In this document: piece by piece, positions 1 to 10,332 of the stretch
Numbering within the stretch: position 1 is the first letter of the stretch
Layout: every line of letters begins with the position of its first letter
Program-made: the position numbers and the translations under genes
NCBI GenBank assembly: GCA_965213675.1
Contig: OZ243916.1
Span: 3,520,001 to 3,584,000 of the forward strand
Direction of reading: 5' to 3'
Source of the DNA: an uncultured Candidatus Binatia bacterium
GTDB taxonomy: Bacteria; Desulfobacterota; Binatia; UBA9968; JAJDTQ01
Length of the DNA stretch: 64,000 bases
The notes under the pieces: generated by a model
Told to the model about the DNA's origin: nothing
What the model saw: only the letters and a program-made list of their open reading frames with translations
The model's database searches: none

Positions 1-373
1 ACGTTCAGGTCGTCGTCGACGGACTCGCTGTGGTTGTAGTTGGTGAGGGAGTCCACCCGGCTGGACCAGGGCACCTGCCACGCGGCCTCGGTCAGCTCCT
101 CGATGGCGCCGAGGGCCTACCGGGTGAAGACCGAGCCCCCCGTGGGCGCCACCGCGATCACCGCCGCATTGGTCGCCGTATAGGTATCCTCCGGGCGTCG
201 TACGCAACCAGTTGAGGGTTGTCCCCGTCCAGCATGTCGCGCCAGTCGTTGGAGATGTTGATGAACTGGAGGCCGGCCGTCAGAATCAGCATGACTGCGG
301 CGGACGACGCGAAGACCAGCCATCGGCGGCGCAACGTGAACTCGATGTAGCGATTCAGAAAGGCCGAGTGCAT
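1..373 (-). pseudogene. MMPL/RND-family exporter, 5' part, disrupted (runs off the window edge)
   Basis: Reads MHSAFLNRYIEFTLRRRWLVF...DGDNPQLVAYDA, shifts frame near 195 into EDTYTATNAAVIAVAPTGGSVFTR, hits TAG at 117-119, then continues ALGAIEELTEAAWQVPWSSRVDSLTNYNH, which resembles an MMPL N-terminus. Confidence 0.75.
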
Positions 374-608
374 GCTGGTCCATTCAATAGTTGGAAGGCA
401 TGGCCCCGGTCCAATGGAAGCGGGCACTGGACGGGAAGGGCACAGACCGTTCCTGGCCCCACAACGACAAATGCGTTAGGGGATTCAACACATGACGCAC
501 GATAAGGATGCCGGCCATGAATTCCAGCCGGGCCTCGAATGCATCAAACCGTGAATTCCGGGAAAGGTCGGAGGTGAGCCAGTGAGGGTCGATCAAGAGA
601 GCCGCAGA

Positions 609-2267
609 ATGTCGGGTGGCTACGCCGTGGCGTGGTCCTTGCGCAACGAGGGCGTGCGCCACGCCTTCTCCGTGCCGGGCGAGAGCTATATCGCCCTGCT
701 GGACGGACTCCGGGACATCCCGGAGATCATGCTGATCACCAACCGCCACGAGGGCAGCGCCTGCCTCATGGCCGAGGCCTACGGCAAGAGTACCCGTACG
801 CCGGGCGTGTGCATCGTCACCCGCGGCCCCGGCGCCACCAACGCCAGCATCGGGGTGCACCTCGCCCGTTACGACTCCACGCCGCTGGTCCTGCTCATCG
901 GCCAGGTGGCGCGGGCGCACCGGGGCAAGGAGGCCGGTCAGGAACTCGACTACACGCACTTCTTCGGCAGCATCGCCAAGTGGGTCATCGAGATCAATGA
1001 CCCGCGGGAAGTGCCGCGCATCATGGCCCGGGCGTTCCACGTGGCGCGGTCGGGCCGCCCGGGGCCGGTGGTGGTCTCGCTCCCCAGGGACATGCTGGAG
1101 GAGGAGGCGGACATCACTATGGTGGAGTCCTACCCCGCGGTGCGTCCCAGCCCCGATCCGGAGCTGGTCCGGGAAATGGTGGAACGGGTCAACCGGGCCG
1201 GGCGGCCGGTGCTGCTGGCAGGGTCCGGCGCCCAGTACGCGCGCGCCCGGGACGAACTGGTGGCCTTCGCCGAGAAGTTTCAGGTGCCGGTGCTGAGCGC
1301 TTTCAAGCGCCAGGACGCCTTTCCCAACACGCATCCCCACTATGCCGGCAACTTGGGAAGCCGCAAGAACCACTCGCGCCGGATCGTGGATGAAGACGCC
1401 GACCTGCTGGTCATCGTCGGCTGCCGGGTGAACCAGCAGGTGTCCGGCAACTACCGGTTGCCGCATCCGGGGCTCATGACCATCCAGATCGACGCCGACG
1501 CCGGCAACATCGGCCAGAACTTCATTCCGGACATGGCCGTGCTGGCGGACCCGCGCAAGGCCCTGTCGGCGGCGCTGGAGTGCGACGGCGCCGGTCCCGA
1601 TGAGGCGCGTGCCGCCTGGATCGCAGACTATCACGCTCAACAGCGGCGCTACGCCACCCCGCCCGAGCGCCCCACCGGCGCCGTCTCCATGGAACGGGTG
1701 ATGGCGGGCATCAAGGCCACCGTGCCGCCGGATACCATCCACACCCACGACGCCGGAAGCTTCGGCGGCTGGGTGCAGCGCTACATCGAGTTCGACCACG
1801 CCGATTCCTACATCGTCCCCAGCCTGGGCAGCATGGGTCCGGGCGTACCCGCCGCGGTGGCCGCCAGGCTGGCCCATCCCCACCGCACCGTCATCGCCCA
1901 CGTGGGCGACGGCGGCTTCCTCATGACCGGCCAGGAACTCGCCACCGCGCGCCAGTACGGCGTCAAGATCATCGTAATGGTGTACGCCAACGGCTCCTAC
2001 GGCACCATCCGCATGGACCAGGAGGCCCAGTACCCGGGCCGGAACTACGGCACCGATCTGGTCAACCCCGACTTCGCCGCCCTGGCCAACGGCTACGGCG
2101 TCCTGGGCCTCAAGGTCACCCGCGACGACGAGATCCTGCCCGCGCTCAAGCAGGCCCTTGCGGCCCCCGGCCCCGCCCTCATCGAGGTGCTGACGGATCT
2201 GGAGTACGTCTCCCCCACCACGACCCTGACCGAGGCCGCCGCCACGCGGAGCGTCGCGGCGACATGA
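609..2267 (+). CDS. Thiamine pyrophosphate-binding protein (acetolactate synthase large subunit-like)
   Basis: VPGESY, RHEGSA, TRGPGATN and GDGGF...N ThDP motifs. Confidence 0.9.
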   Translation: MSGGYAVAWSLRNEGVRHAFSVPGESYIALLDGLRDIPEIMLITNRHEGSACLMAEAYGKSTRTPGVCIVTRGPGATNASIGVHLARYDSTPLVLLIGQVARAHRGKEAGQELDYTHFFGSIAKWVIEINDPREVPRIMARAFHVARSGRPGPVVVSLPRDMLEEEADITMVESYPAVRPSPDPELVREMVERVNRAGRPVLLAGSGAQYARARDELVAFAEKFQVPVLSAFKRQDAFPNTHPHYAGNLGSRKNHSRRIVDEDADLLVIVGCRVNQQVSGNYRLPHPGLMTIQIDADAGNIGQNFIPDMAVLADPRKALSAALECDGAGPDEARAAWIADYHAQQRRYATPPERPTGAVSMERVMAGIKATVPPDTIHTHDAGSFGGWVQRYIEFDHADSYIVPSLGSMGPGVPAAVAARLAHPHRTVIAHVGDGGFLMTGQELATARQYGVKIIVMVYANGSYGTIRMDQEAQYPGRNYGTDLVNPDFAALANGYGVLGLKVTRDDEILPALKQALAAPGPALIEVLTDLEYVSPTTTLTEAAATRSVAAT

Positions 2268-2328
2268 CGGCGCCGCCACTGCGAGTCAGGAGTCTGTCCG
2301 GGTAACCAACTCGTTGCGACATCCGAAC

Positions 2329-2354
2329 GTCATTCCCGCGGAAGCGGGAATTCA
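2329..2354 (+). repeat. REP-like palindrome GTCATTCCCGCGGAAGCGGGAATTCA
   Basis: ATTCCCGC-N4-GCGGGAAT hairpin; related copies at 4847, 56415 and 59163. Confidence 0.8.
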
Positions 2355-2623
2355 GGGACGGGTGGCAAGCAGGCGGTCGAGTCCCAGATTGCGCAAGGCG
2401 CCGAGCACGGCAGCGAGTGGGGCTTGGAGCGGATGATGTCGAAGGCATCGTTGGGGTTCACCAAGGGTTGGGATCAAACTCGCTCAAACTTCAATTGAGT
2501 GAGGGATCGAAAGTTGTCATCCACAGCGGTAGGCTTGAAGCCGGCGAAGCCGATTGCCGTCCGATTTCATGACCGGTCGTGATTGCTGCGGACCTCTGAC
2601 ACAATCCGGGGGGGTGCGCCGAT

Positions 2624-3481
2624 ATGAGCAGTAGCCGCCATTCTGCCGGTGATCGGTTGGTTCACGCACTGTTCGCGTGCGTGCTGTTTCTCGCTGTCCT
2701 GGCCCTGTGGCGGCTCGCTCATGCGCAATCCTGCCTGGCTCTCGCATTCCCGGTAGTGGCTTTTCTCGTGGTTTTCTGGGGACTGTTGGAGTACAGGCGG
2801 GAACGGAAACGTTTCGCGGTCGACTACTACCTCGACCAGAGGTCGTCCCTGTGGCGCAGGCTCCAATCGTCGGGGCTGTCGGTGCTGATCAGTGTAGCGG
2901 CGGCATTGCCGTTGGCTGTGTTTCTGGTGGTCTTCGCGGCGATATCCCGACCCACCGATTGGCTCTTTTTCGGCGCTGCGACGGTGGCCGCGCCGTTCCT
3001 GTTCTACGCTCTGTCGACTTGGCCGGGACGTCACTTCAGGCAACGCGGGGACGAGGAAAATGGAGGAGTAGCGGTGGCGGACGTGCTGGCCGTGCGCATG
3101 GCTGGACGGTTGCTTTTGGCTGCGCTTTCAATCGCATATATCTACACGAGCTATTACCTTATCCTCGGGCCGGGCGAAGACATCTTCCCCGATTCGCTCG
3201 AACTGACCATTAAGGCGTTCTCGCGGAATGCGGGTTCAATGTGCTCCGTCGTGGATGGCACGCTGCGTTTGGCGACCCAAATCGACGGGCTGTCCTGGTA
3301 CTTCGTCACCACTGCGACGAGCACTGCGGAGAGGACGCCTTGGATTCACGACAGGATCCCGCTGCTCTTGTGGGTCGGCTTCTTTCTGAAAATGGCGATG
3401 GTGTTCGGTAGTTTCGTCCGCGGGCTCGAGGGATCTATTTTTCTGGCGTTGCGGCTGGGCCAACAGTTTAGGAGAGGATGA
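2624..3481 (+). CDS. Hypothetical multi-pass membrane protein
   Basis: 285-aa ORF with several hydrophobic segments; lower GC; ATGA overlap with the next gene. Confidence 0.75.
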   Translation: MSSSRHSAGDRLVHALFACVLFLAVLALWRLAHAQSCLALAFPVVAFLVVFWGLLEYRRERKRFAVDYYLDQRSSLWRRLQSSGLSVLISVAAALPLAVFLVVFAAISRPTDWLFFGAATVAAPFLFYALSTWPGRHFRQRGDEENGGVAVADVLAVRMAGRLLLAALSIAYIYTSYYLILGPGEDIFPDSLELTIKAFSRNAGSMCSVVDGTLRLATQIDGLSWYFVTTATSTAERTPWIHDRIPLLLWVGFFLKMAMVFGSFVRGLEGSIFLALRLGQQFRRG

Positions 3482-4593
3482 GAATGTCTATTCAGAAGGG
3501 TGGTGAGAGTCGGAACTCCTCCGAAGACAAGCACCGGCCAGCGAACACTCCAGATGTAGCGAAGGCTGCAACTTCGGGTCGGGCGGGCGCGATGACATGG
3601 GCCTACCGGACGATTCTCACCTTGCTATCGGCTACGCTCCTTTTTTCGATCCTGGCGATGGTGCTTCAGCCTCGACCGCAGAACCCTCCCCAACTCCCTG
3701 CGGACGTCAACTCTGACGAGGTGGCGTCTTTCAAGGGTGACCATTGGCTGAAGCAGCATGCGGACCGGCGGTGGATACAGGGTCGGGAACGCTTGAGCCG
3801 GGAACCGTGGCCCGAGACGAACCAAGCCATCGAGGAACGGATCGACATGGCCTTTGTTCCGGTTTACGAGTCTATTCCAGGGTTTCTGGACCGGCACTAC
3901 TCGTGGAGAGGACAATATGGGGAACTCGCCCAGAAGTTGCTCGGAACACTGGAAGAGGAGATCGAAGCACGGTTGTACGCAGGGTTTACGGAACGCCTCG
4001 TGACAGCTGAAAAAGCCGTCGTCGGGGTCATGAACAAGGAAATGCGTACAAAGATCGAGGATTGGATCCGCCGCGAGCCCGATACGGCCCCACCGGGATT
4101 GAAGTTGACTTACAAGCATATGTTGGAAATGAGAGTCGCGGACACGGTCGAGAGACTCTCGGTATCCGCCCTCCCTACAGCCGCCGGGGCAACTGTCGTG
4201 GGCACCGGCGGCGCCGTCGCAGGGGCGGTCGGAGCGAAGGTGGTCGCCAAGAACATGGCGTCTGCTACCTTGAAGACGTTGGGAAAGGTGGGCAGCGGAT
4301 ACTTTGCTAAAAGCGCCGGAGTGGCTACCGGTGCTGCCATGGGTTCGGTACTGGGACCCATCGGCACCGTGGTCGGCGGCGTATTCGGCGGCTTGGCGGC
4401 GTGGCTAGCCATCGACGTTGCTGTCGTGAACACTGCGGAGTATTTTACGCGGGAAGACCTCAAACGGCGGCTCATCGAACTGGTTGACGAGCACAAGAAA
4501 GGAGTGAAGTCGGATTTCTCGAAAGCCTTTGCCGAAAGGAAACTTGAAGCGCTGGGTCCGTTCACTCCCTCCGAACTGAGGAGCCGCCAGTGA
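3478..4593 (+). CDS. Hypothetical membrane-anchored protein with glycine-zipper region
   Basis: N-terminal TM helix, helical middle, and a GAAMGSVLGPIGTVVGGVFGGLAAW glycine zipper; lower GC. Confidence 0.75.
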   Translation: MRMSIQKGGESRNSSEDKHRPANTPDVAKAATSGRAGAMTWAYRTILTLLSATLLFSILAMVLQPRPQNPPQLPADVNSDEVASFKGDHWLKQHADRRWIQGRERLSREPWPETNQAIEERIDMAFVPVYESIPGFLDRHYSWRGQYGELAQKLLGTLEEEIEARLYAGFTERLVTAEKAVVGVMNKEMRTKIEDWIRREPDTAPPGLKLTYKHMLEMRVADTVERLSVSALPTAAGATVVGTGGAVAGAVGAKVVAKNMASATLKTLGKVGSGYFAKSAGVATGAAMGSVLGPIGTVVGGVFGGLAAWLAIDVAVVNTAEYFTREDLKRRLIELVDEHKKGVKSDFSKAFAERKLEALGPFTPSELRSRQ

Positions 4594-4846
4594 CGCGAAG
4601 CGGCTGGCTTCAGACGAAACAGGGCATCGAATGGGCCGCACCTACTCGCTCCAACGCGGTGTGGGAGACGGGCTGCACGGATGGTGCGCTGCGCGAGGAA
4701 GAGCAATTTCGCCGACGGATGCGATCATCACTCGGCGAAACCCAATTCCATCCAATCGTGTGTCGGCCACAAGCCGACATGGAAGACTGATGCGACAATA
4801 AACGCATATCCAGTGAAATCACCAAGTTACAATCGGACCCCACCCC

Positions 4847-4872
4847 TGGATTCCCGCTTTCGCGGGAACGAC
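4847..4872 (-). repeat. REP-like palindrome, inverted copy
   Basis: TGGATTCCCGCTTTCGCGGGAACGAC. Confidence 0.8.
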
Positions 4873-4977
4873 GATTCGGGGGGTACGGGATATCATCCGA
4901 GGGGATGCAATTTTCACGCCTTCGCATGTCGGCTCGAAACCGACATGGACGACTCCCGCGAAACCGGCATCTTCAGG

Positions 4978-5006
4978 CGTCATCGCGGACTTGATCCGGG
5001 GTGACG
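4978..5006. repeat. Palindromic intergenic hairpin (REP-like or terminator)
   Basis: CGTCATCGCGGA-CTTGA-TCCGGGGTGACG just downstream of the epimerase gene. Confidence 0.5.
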
Positions 5007-5033
5007 CCTGGGTGGCGAGATGGACGCCTCGCC

Positions 5034-5945
5034 TCACTCCCGGTTCAGTTCCGCGACGTAGTCCCGCAGACCCGCCTCGAGCTTGTACTCCGGCGCGTAG
5101 CCCAGTTCGTTCCCTGCCCGGGTGATGTCCATCCGGGGCCGCGCCGGCGTGAGCGTGCCCCGGCTGAGGCGGATGTCCGGGAAGATCGCGTGGAGCGCGG
5201 CCTCCACGTCCTCCACGGTGGTAAGTGTGCCGCTGCCCAGGTTGTAGACGTCGTGGGAGAGCGGCGCGGCGTGCGCCGCTCGAGCGATGCCGTCGGCGAG
5301 GTCCTTCACGTAGACGAAGTCCACGGTCTCGTAGGCGTTCAGCACCGCCGCCTCCCCGGCCATGGCCGCCCAGACCGCCGCCTGCACCGCCACCCCCGGG
5401 CCTCCGGCCACCGCCCGGTATCCGTACACCCCGGCGAAACGCAACAGCACCAGCTCGAAGGCCCGCTTGGCGGCAAAGGTCCTGAGCACATGCTCGCACG
5501 CCACCTTCGAGGAGTTGTACACGCGGCCGCGGCCGTCCTGCGGCGAGTCTTCCCGCAGCAACTCTCCGGGGTCGGCGTCCTGATACACCGCCTGGGTGCT
5601 GGCATGCACCAGGCGGCGCACCCCGGCAAGCCGAACCGCTTCCGCCACGTTCAGGGTGGCCACCAGATTGACCTGGAACCCGGCGTAGAGGTTGGGGATA
5701 TTGGACTCCCCGACGGACGCCGCCAGGTGAATGACGCACTCGGGCTTGACCGTCAGAAAAGCGTCCACCAACGCCGCCAGATCGCAGATGTCGCCGCGGA
5801 TCAGCGGCAGATCCCTGCCGGTGACATGCCGGACATAGTCCGGCTTCGGCACCACGTCGAAAAACGTGACTTCATCGCCGCGCACGCTCAGGTCGGCGGC
5901 CACGTGGGAGCCGATCAGGCCGGCTCCGGTAATCAACACACGCAT
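5034..5945 (-). CDS. NAD-dependent epimerase/dehydratase (extended SDR)
   Basis: [13 protein letters not shown] Rossmann motif; YNSSK catalytic motif; AAGGAG RBS. Confidence 0.9.
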   Translation of the reverse strand: MRVLITGAGLIGSHVAADLSVRGDEVTFFDVVPKPDYVRHVTGRDLPLIRGDICDLAALVDAFLTVKPECVIHLAASVGESNIPNLYAGFQVNLVATLNVAEAVRLAGVRRLVHASTQAVYQDADPGELLREDSPQDGRGRVYNSSKVACEHVLRTFAAKRAFELVLLRFAGVYGYRAVAGGPGVAVQAAVWAAMAGEAAVLNAYETVDFVYVKDLADGIARAAHAAPLSHDVYNLGSGTLTTVEDVEAALHAIFPDIRLSRGTLTPARPRMDITRAGNELGYAPEYKLEAGLRDYVAELNRE

Positions 5946-6143
5946 GTTGTCTCCTTTTCGTGCGGGCTTTGCTTCACGGGTGTCTTGTACCCGCCTTTCT
6001 CCGTTGCGCCTCTCGATTCCATCCTTCCCCGCCGTGCGAAACTCCCGCGGCAGGAGCCCGTTCACGGGACACGACCGCAAGGCATGGGGACGAAACTACC
6101 AAAGGACGGGCGGTGGCGTCCATTTGCGCGCCGCTCGGCAGCG

Positions 6144-6307
6144 CTAGAGTGGTGTCAGTTAATTCGCGTCATAATGTGCGGAGGATATTTTGTTGTCGGC
6201 AAGGCGCGATGACGAGCAGTGGCGTGTACCACGCGAGGACGAGCAACGCAGCCGACGGCGAAAAAGACCCGCAGATTATGACGCGAATTATCCAGACACC
6301 ACACTAG
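6144..6307 (+). mobile_element. MITE copy 1 (164 bp, more degenerate)
   Basis: CTAG at both ends, imperfect ~35-bp terminal inverted repeats; near-identical to 9832-9996 and 39794-39958. Confidence 0.85.
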
Positions 6308-6354
6308 GAAAGGCCTCGCTTCCCATGACGCGCGAACCCTGCTACCCGTGACGG

Positions 6355-7647
6355 GTGGTTACAGGCGGATCAGCGCGTCGCGCCGGTGTATCGAGACGGA
6401 TCTACTATGGCTGGTACATCGTCGCGGTGGGATTCATCGCCAACGTCGCCTCATCCTTCGCCCTCGCCAGCACCCTGAGCATCTTTCTCAAACCCATGAC
6501 CGCGGACCTGGGCGTGTCTCGCGGAGTATTCTCCCTGCTGCGATCAGGGGAGGGACTCATCGGCGCCTTCATGGCGCCCTTCGTCGGTGCGCTGGTGGAC
6601 CGCCACGGCAGCCGCTGGCTCATCACCTCGGGCGCGCTGGTAGCGGCGGCGGGCTACCTTGTCCTGAGCCAGGTGGATGTCTTCTGGCAGTTCCTGGCAG
6701 TGCGCTGGACCCTGGTCACCCTCGGGGACGGTCTCCTCGGCTACATGGTGGTCAACGTCATGGTCTCCCGCTGGTTCGTCCAGAAGCGTGGCCGCGCTCT
6801 TGCGTTCTCCAGCATGGGCATCGGCTTCGCCAAGATCATCATGCCGTTCCTTGTGGCGCCGCTCCTGATCTGGCTGGGCTGGCGGCACACCTGGGGGCTT
6901 TTCGGCATCCTGACGGTGGCGCTGCTGGTAGCGCCGGCGGTGATCTACATTCGGCGCTCGCCCGAGGACATGGGCCTCAATCCCGACGGCGCGCCAAACG
7001 TGACCACGGAGGAGGGGAAGGCGCAGGCCGCGGCGACGCAGCCCGCCAGCGAGGCCCGGGTGTGGAGCCGCCGGGCGGGTCTGCGCACACGGGCCTTCTG
7101 GCTGATCGTGGCGGTCTTCGGCGTGTCGTCGGTTGGCGTCACTGGTGTCAACCTGCACGTGTTCCCCTACGTCACCGACCTGGGCCACTCCCACGGGGTC
7201 GCGGCCGGCGTCATGAGCGTCATCGCCCTCACCCAGCTCGGCTCCCCCCTGGTATGGGGGCTGGTGGCCGAGCGCATGGACGTACGCTGGACCACGCTCT
7301 TCAAGTTCTTCATCCAGGCGGCAGGTCTCACGCTGGGCATCACCTCCGGATCGTTGACGCTCGTCTACGTCGGCTTCTTCTTTTACGGGGTGGGTCTCGG
7401 TGGTAACATGGTCCTGCCTGACATGATGTGGGCGCGTTTTTTCGGACGCGTGTCCATGGGGCGCATCCGCGGACTCGGGCTCTTGCTCATCCACGGATTC
7501 GCGGCCCTGGGACCGCCATTCTTCGGCTTTCTTTTCGACTGGATGGGCAGCTATACGGTTTCATTCGCGCTGTTCGCGGTGTCGCTGGTGTTCTCCGGGT
7601 TCCTGAGCCTGTTCATCATCGCCCCGCCGCCGGCGGATACCGCGTAA
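6355..7647 (+). CDS. MFS transporter
   Basis: About 12 TM segments; GALVDRHGSR motif A; YYGWYIV N-terminus; start position uncertain. Confidence 0.9.
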   Translation: MVTGGSARRAGVSRRIYYGWYIVAVGFIANVASSFALASTLSIFLKPMTADLGVSRGVFSLLRSGEGLIGAFMAPFVGALVDRHGSRWLITSGALVAAAGYLVLSQVDVFWQFLAVRWTLVTLGDGLLGYMVVNVMVSRWFVQKRGRALAFSSMGIGFAKIIMPFLVAPLLIWLGWRHTWGLFGILTVALLVAPAVIYIRRSPEDMGLNPDGAPNVTTEEGKAQAAATQPASEARVWSRRAGLRTRAFWLIVAVFGVSSVGVTGVNLHVFPYVTDLGHSHGVAAGVMSVIALTQLGSPLVWGLVAERMDVRWTTLFKFFIQAAGLTLGITSGSLTLVYVGFFFYGVGLGGNMVLPDMMWARFFGRVSMGRIRGLGLLLIHGFAALGPPFFGFLFDWMGSYTVSFALFAVSLVFSGFLSLFIIAPPPADTA

Positions 7648-7815
7648 GCGGCCCGGCAACGGACACGCGCGGGCGCGGGTCCGACGCGACGAGGCTGTCC
7701 GAGCAGTCGCGACTGCATTGCGCGGCATGGAGTGGGTCCGCGCAGGTTTGACCGGTGGTCGCCGCTACACCCACAGGCTGCCAGCAAAGCCCCAACCACC
7801 CGCGGGAGCACGCTC

Positions 7816-8814
7816 ATGGTCATTGACGTTCACACCCACATCGTCCCCGAGAACTTCCCGGCGGTGGGCAACCGTCCCGCGGGCAACCACTGGCCGTTCA
7901 TGGACCACACAGGACCGGAAACGGCCAACGTGATGATTGCCGGACGGAACTTCCGCACCGTGCTGGATCGCTGCTGGTCGGCGCCGCGCCGCCTGCGGGA
8001 AATGGCCGCGCCCGATTACGCGGTGGACCGTCAGGTGCTGTCGCCCATGCCCGAGTTGCTCGCCTACCGCCTGGACCCGGAGGACGGGCGCGACCTGGCG
8101 CGCTACCTCAACGAGGTGTTGATGCGCATGGTGGACGCCGCGCCGGACCGCTTCTACGCGCTGGGGTCGGTGCCGCTCCAGGATGTGGCTCTGGCCGCCG
8201 CCGAGTTGGAGCGGGTCAAGTCCCTCGGCCTCCATGGCGTCGAGTTGCTCAGCAACGTCAACGGCAGAAGCCTGGGCGAACCCGAGTTTCTACCCTTCTT
8301 CAAGGCGGCCGAAGCGTTGGACGTGCCCATCTTCGTACACGCCCAGCACGTCACCTTCATGGACCGGGTGACCGGGCCGCGGTTCATCGAGAACATCGTG
8401 GCGTTCCCGCTGGAAGGCGCCCTGGGCATCGCCAGCATGGTCACCGGCGGCCTCATGGAAGCCTGTCCGCGGCTGCGGCTGTGCTTCAGCCACGGCGGCG
8501 GCACCTTCACCCAGCTCCTGCCGCGTCTGGAGAATGCGTGGCACAAGAACCCCAACTTCCACACGCTCATGCCCCGGAAGCCCTCCGAATACGCGCGCAT
8601 GTTCTTCTACGACGATATCTTCTTCGACAACCGCACGGTGCGCTACCTCATCGACACGGTGGGCGCGCGCCAGGTGGTCATCGGTTCCGACTACCCGTTT
8701 CAGTTCCGCGACCAGGCGCCAGACGATGAGTTCGACGAACTGCGGCTGACGGCGGAAGAGCGCGAGTGGGTCTCCTCGGCCAACTGCCTTCGGTTCCTGG
8801 GCTTGGCCGCGTGA
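7816..8814 (+). CDS. Amidohydrolase_2 family protein (ACMSD-like decarboxylase)
   Basis: IDVHTH, FVH, SHGGG and GSDYPF motifs. Confidence 0.9.
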   Translation: MVIDVHTHIVPENFPAVGNRPAGNHWPFMDHTGPETANVMIAGRNFRTVLDRCWSAPRRLREMAAPDYAVDRQVLSPMPELLAYRLDPEDGRDLARYLNEVLMRMVDAAPDRFYALGSVPLQDVALAAAELERVKSLGLHGVELLSNVNGRSLGEPEFLPFFKAAEALDVPIFVHAQHVTFMDRVTGPRFIENIVAFPLEGALGIASMVTGGLMEACPRLRLCFSHGGGTFTQLLPRLENAWHKNPNFHTLMPRKPSEYARMFFYDDIFFDNRTVRYLIDTVGARQVVIGSDYPFQFRDQAPDDEFDELRLTAEEREWVSSANCLRFLGLAA

Positions 8815-8976
8815 CCGTGGGGACCCAAGCTCGCGATACTCGGCGCGGAACGTTCGCAGGCGCTTCTTCCACGCCGCGCGATATTCCCGGCTTCTCCGGG
8901 TGAAGCGCCAAGCCCGCACACCGTCCCATCCGCCGCGCCATCGGTGCCCGCCGTGCCCCCTTCGTGAGTGCGTGTG

Positions 8977-9357
8977 CTATGCCAGCGCCACCACGTCGAC
9001 TTCCACCAGCGCCCCCTTTGGCAACCCCGCCACCGCTACGGTGGAGCGCGCCGGCTTGCGGGACCCCAGGCAGCTCTCGTAGATGGCGTTGACCGCGGCG
9101 AAATCCGCCATATCACTCAGGTAGATGGTGGTCTTCACGGCCTTGTCCCAGGAGGTCCCGGCCGCCTCAAGAACCGCGGTGACATTGGCCAGGACCTGGC
9201 GCGCCTGCTCTTCCACGCCCCCGGCCACGAGTTCGCCGGTTTCCGGCAACAGCGCGATCTGTCCCGACGCATACACGAAACCATTGGCCTTGACGGCCTG
9301 CTCGTAGGGCCCGATGGCGTCCGGGGCGTTATGGGTATGGATCACTTCGATGGACAT
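8977..9357 (-). CDS. ridA: RidA/YjgF enamine-imine deaminase
   Basis: APDAIGPY, SGQI, PARSTVAVAGLPKGALVEVD; AAGGAG RBS. Confidence 0.9.
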   Translation of the reverse strand: MSIEVIHTHNAPDAIGPYEQAVKANGFVYASGQIALLPETGELVAGGVEEQARQVLANVTAVLEAAGTSWDKAVKTTIYLSDMADFAAVNAIYESCLGSRKPARSTVAVAGLPKGALVEVDVVALA

Positions 9358-9502
9358 GGGCGTCTCCTTGTTTGTCATTGTTGTTCTCCAGACTCTATGT
9401 GTTCCAAAACGGAAATGACCCCCGAAGAAAGAGGGAGTTTCACGGTCATCCTCAGCGCCCTCCGTTGATACGGCAAGCCACATCTGGTAAAGCGTCCAGC
9501 AT

Positions 9503-9712
9503 TTGCGAGTCCAGGGACGATTGCAAGGACACCGGAAGGACTTGAAGCCGATCCTTGACTTTTCCAACGCAGTTGCCGCATTCAGCGAAGATCAGGCTGA
9601 ACGGCTTGCCGAAGATGGCTATTCCGAGCCGCAGATTCTTGAAGTATACCCCAACCTCTCCCTCCAGGACGTAAGAGCCGCTCTTGTGCATGACCAATCC
9701 AAGGTAGCCTGA
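9503..9712 (+). pseudogene. DUF433-type antitoxin, C-terminal remnant
   Basis: DGYSEPQILEVYPNLSLQDVRAAL matches a DUF433 C-terminus; no recognisable N-terminus; directly upstream of a PIN-like gene. Confidence 0.6.
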
Positions 9713-9726
9713 CAGATGGGAGATAC

Positions 9727-10040
9727 GTGCGGTTCTTTGTTGACCAATGTGTTCCCGAGTCCGTCGCCCAGGTCTTGGAAGAATACCGCCATCCGGTACG
9801 GCGTCTACGCGACAACATCGCCCCCGATTCTCCAGTGTGGTGTCTGGTTAATTCGGGTCATAATCTGCGGAGGATTTTTTGTTGTCGGCAAGGCGCGATG
9901 ACGAGCAGTGGCGGGTACCACGCGAGGAAGAGCAACGCAGCCGACGGCGAAAAAGACCCGCAGATTATGACCCGAATTAACCAGACACCACACTAGATAC
10001 CCTGGTTGCTGCCGTAGCCGAAGCCAATGAAGCAATCCGA
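9727..10040 (+). pseudogene. DUF5615 PIN-like toxin interrupted by a MITE
   Basis: MRFFVDQCVPESVAQVL...IAPDSP, then the MITE, then DTLVAAVAEANEAI; removing 161 bp restores the frame; sequence degenerates after that. Confidence 0.75.
9832..9996 (+). mobile_element. MITE copy 2
   Basis: CCAG...CTAG ends; perfect 35-bp TIR TGTGGTGTCTGGTTAATTCGGGTCATAATCTGCGG. Confidence 0.9.
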
Positions 10041-10139
10041 ACCCACCAGCAGTGCACCTTGAACCGGTTACTGAAGATCTTCCCGATCCGCATTGCAAAC
10101 GCGGCGCGATGACGTTGGACTGGAGTCGGGTATCGAGCC

Positions 10140-10331
10140 ATGAAATTGATGACCGCCCACAAGATACTCATCGGGACGTCCATCGTCTTCTTCATCTATT
10201 TCAGCGGTTGGGAGTTGACGAACTTCTTCCGCGCTGGCGGGGGATGGGCGCTGGCCCGGAGCGTTCTGTATCTGGGAGTCGCTGGCGGTTTCGCCGTCTA
10301 CTTCAGGACCCTCAAGAACAAGGTGCTGTGA
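10140..10331 (+). CDS. Small two-TM membrane protein
   Basis: 63-aa ORF with two hydrophobic helices, abutting the HNH gene. Confidence 0.7.
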   Translation: MKLMTAHKILIGTSIVFFIYFSGWELTNFFRAGGGWALARSVLYLGVAGGFAVYFRTLKNKVL

Positions 10332-10332
10332 G

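Noticed and set aside
117-119. In-frame TAG in the MMPL gene as pyrrolysine
   Set aside because: It is accompanied by a frameshift, looks like a GAG-to-TAG change, and has no pyl or methyltransferase context.
2430-4800. Integron cassette array
   Set aside because: No intI gene and no clear attC (RYYYAAC...GTTRRRY) sites were identified.
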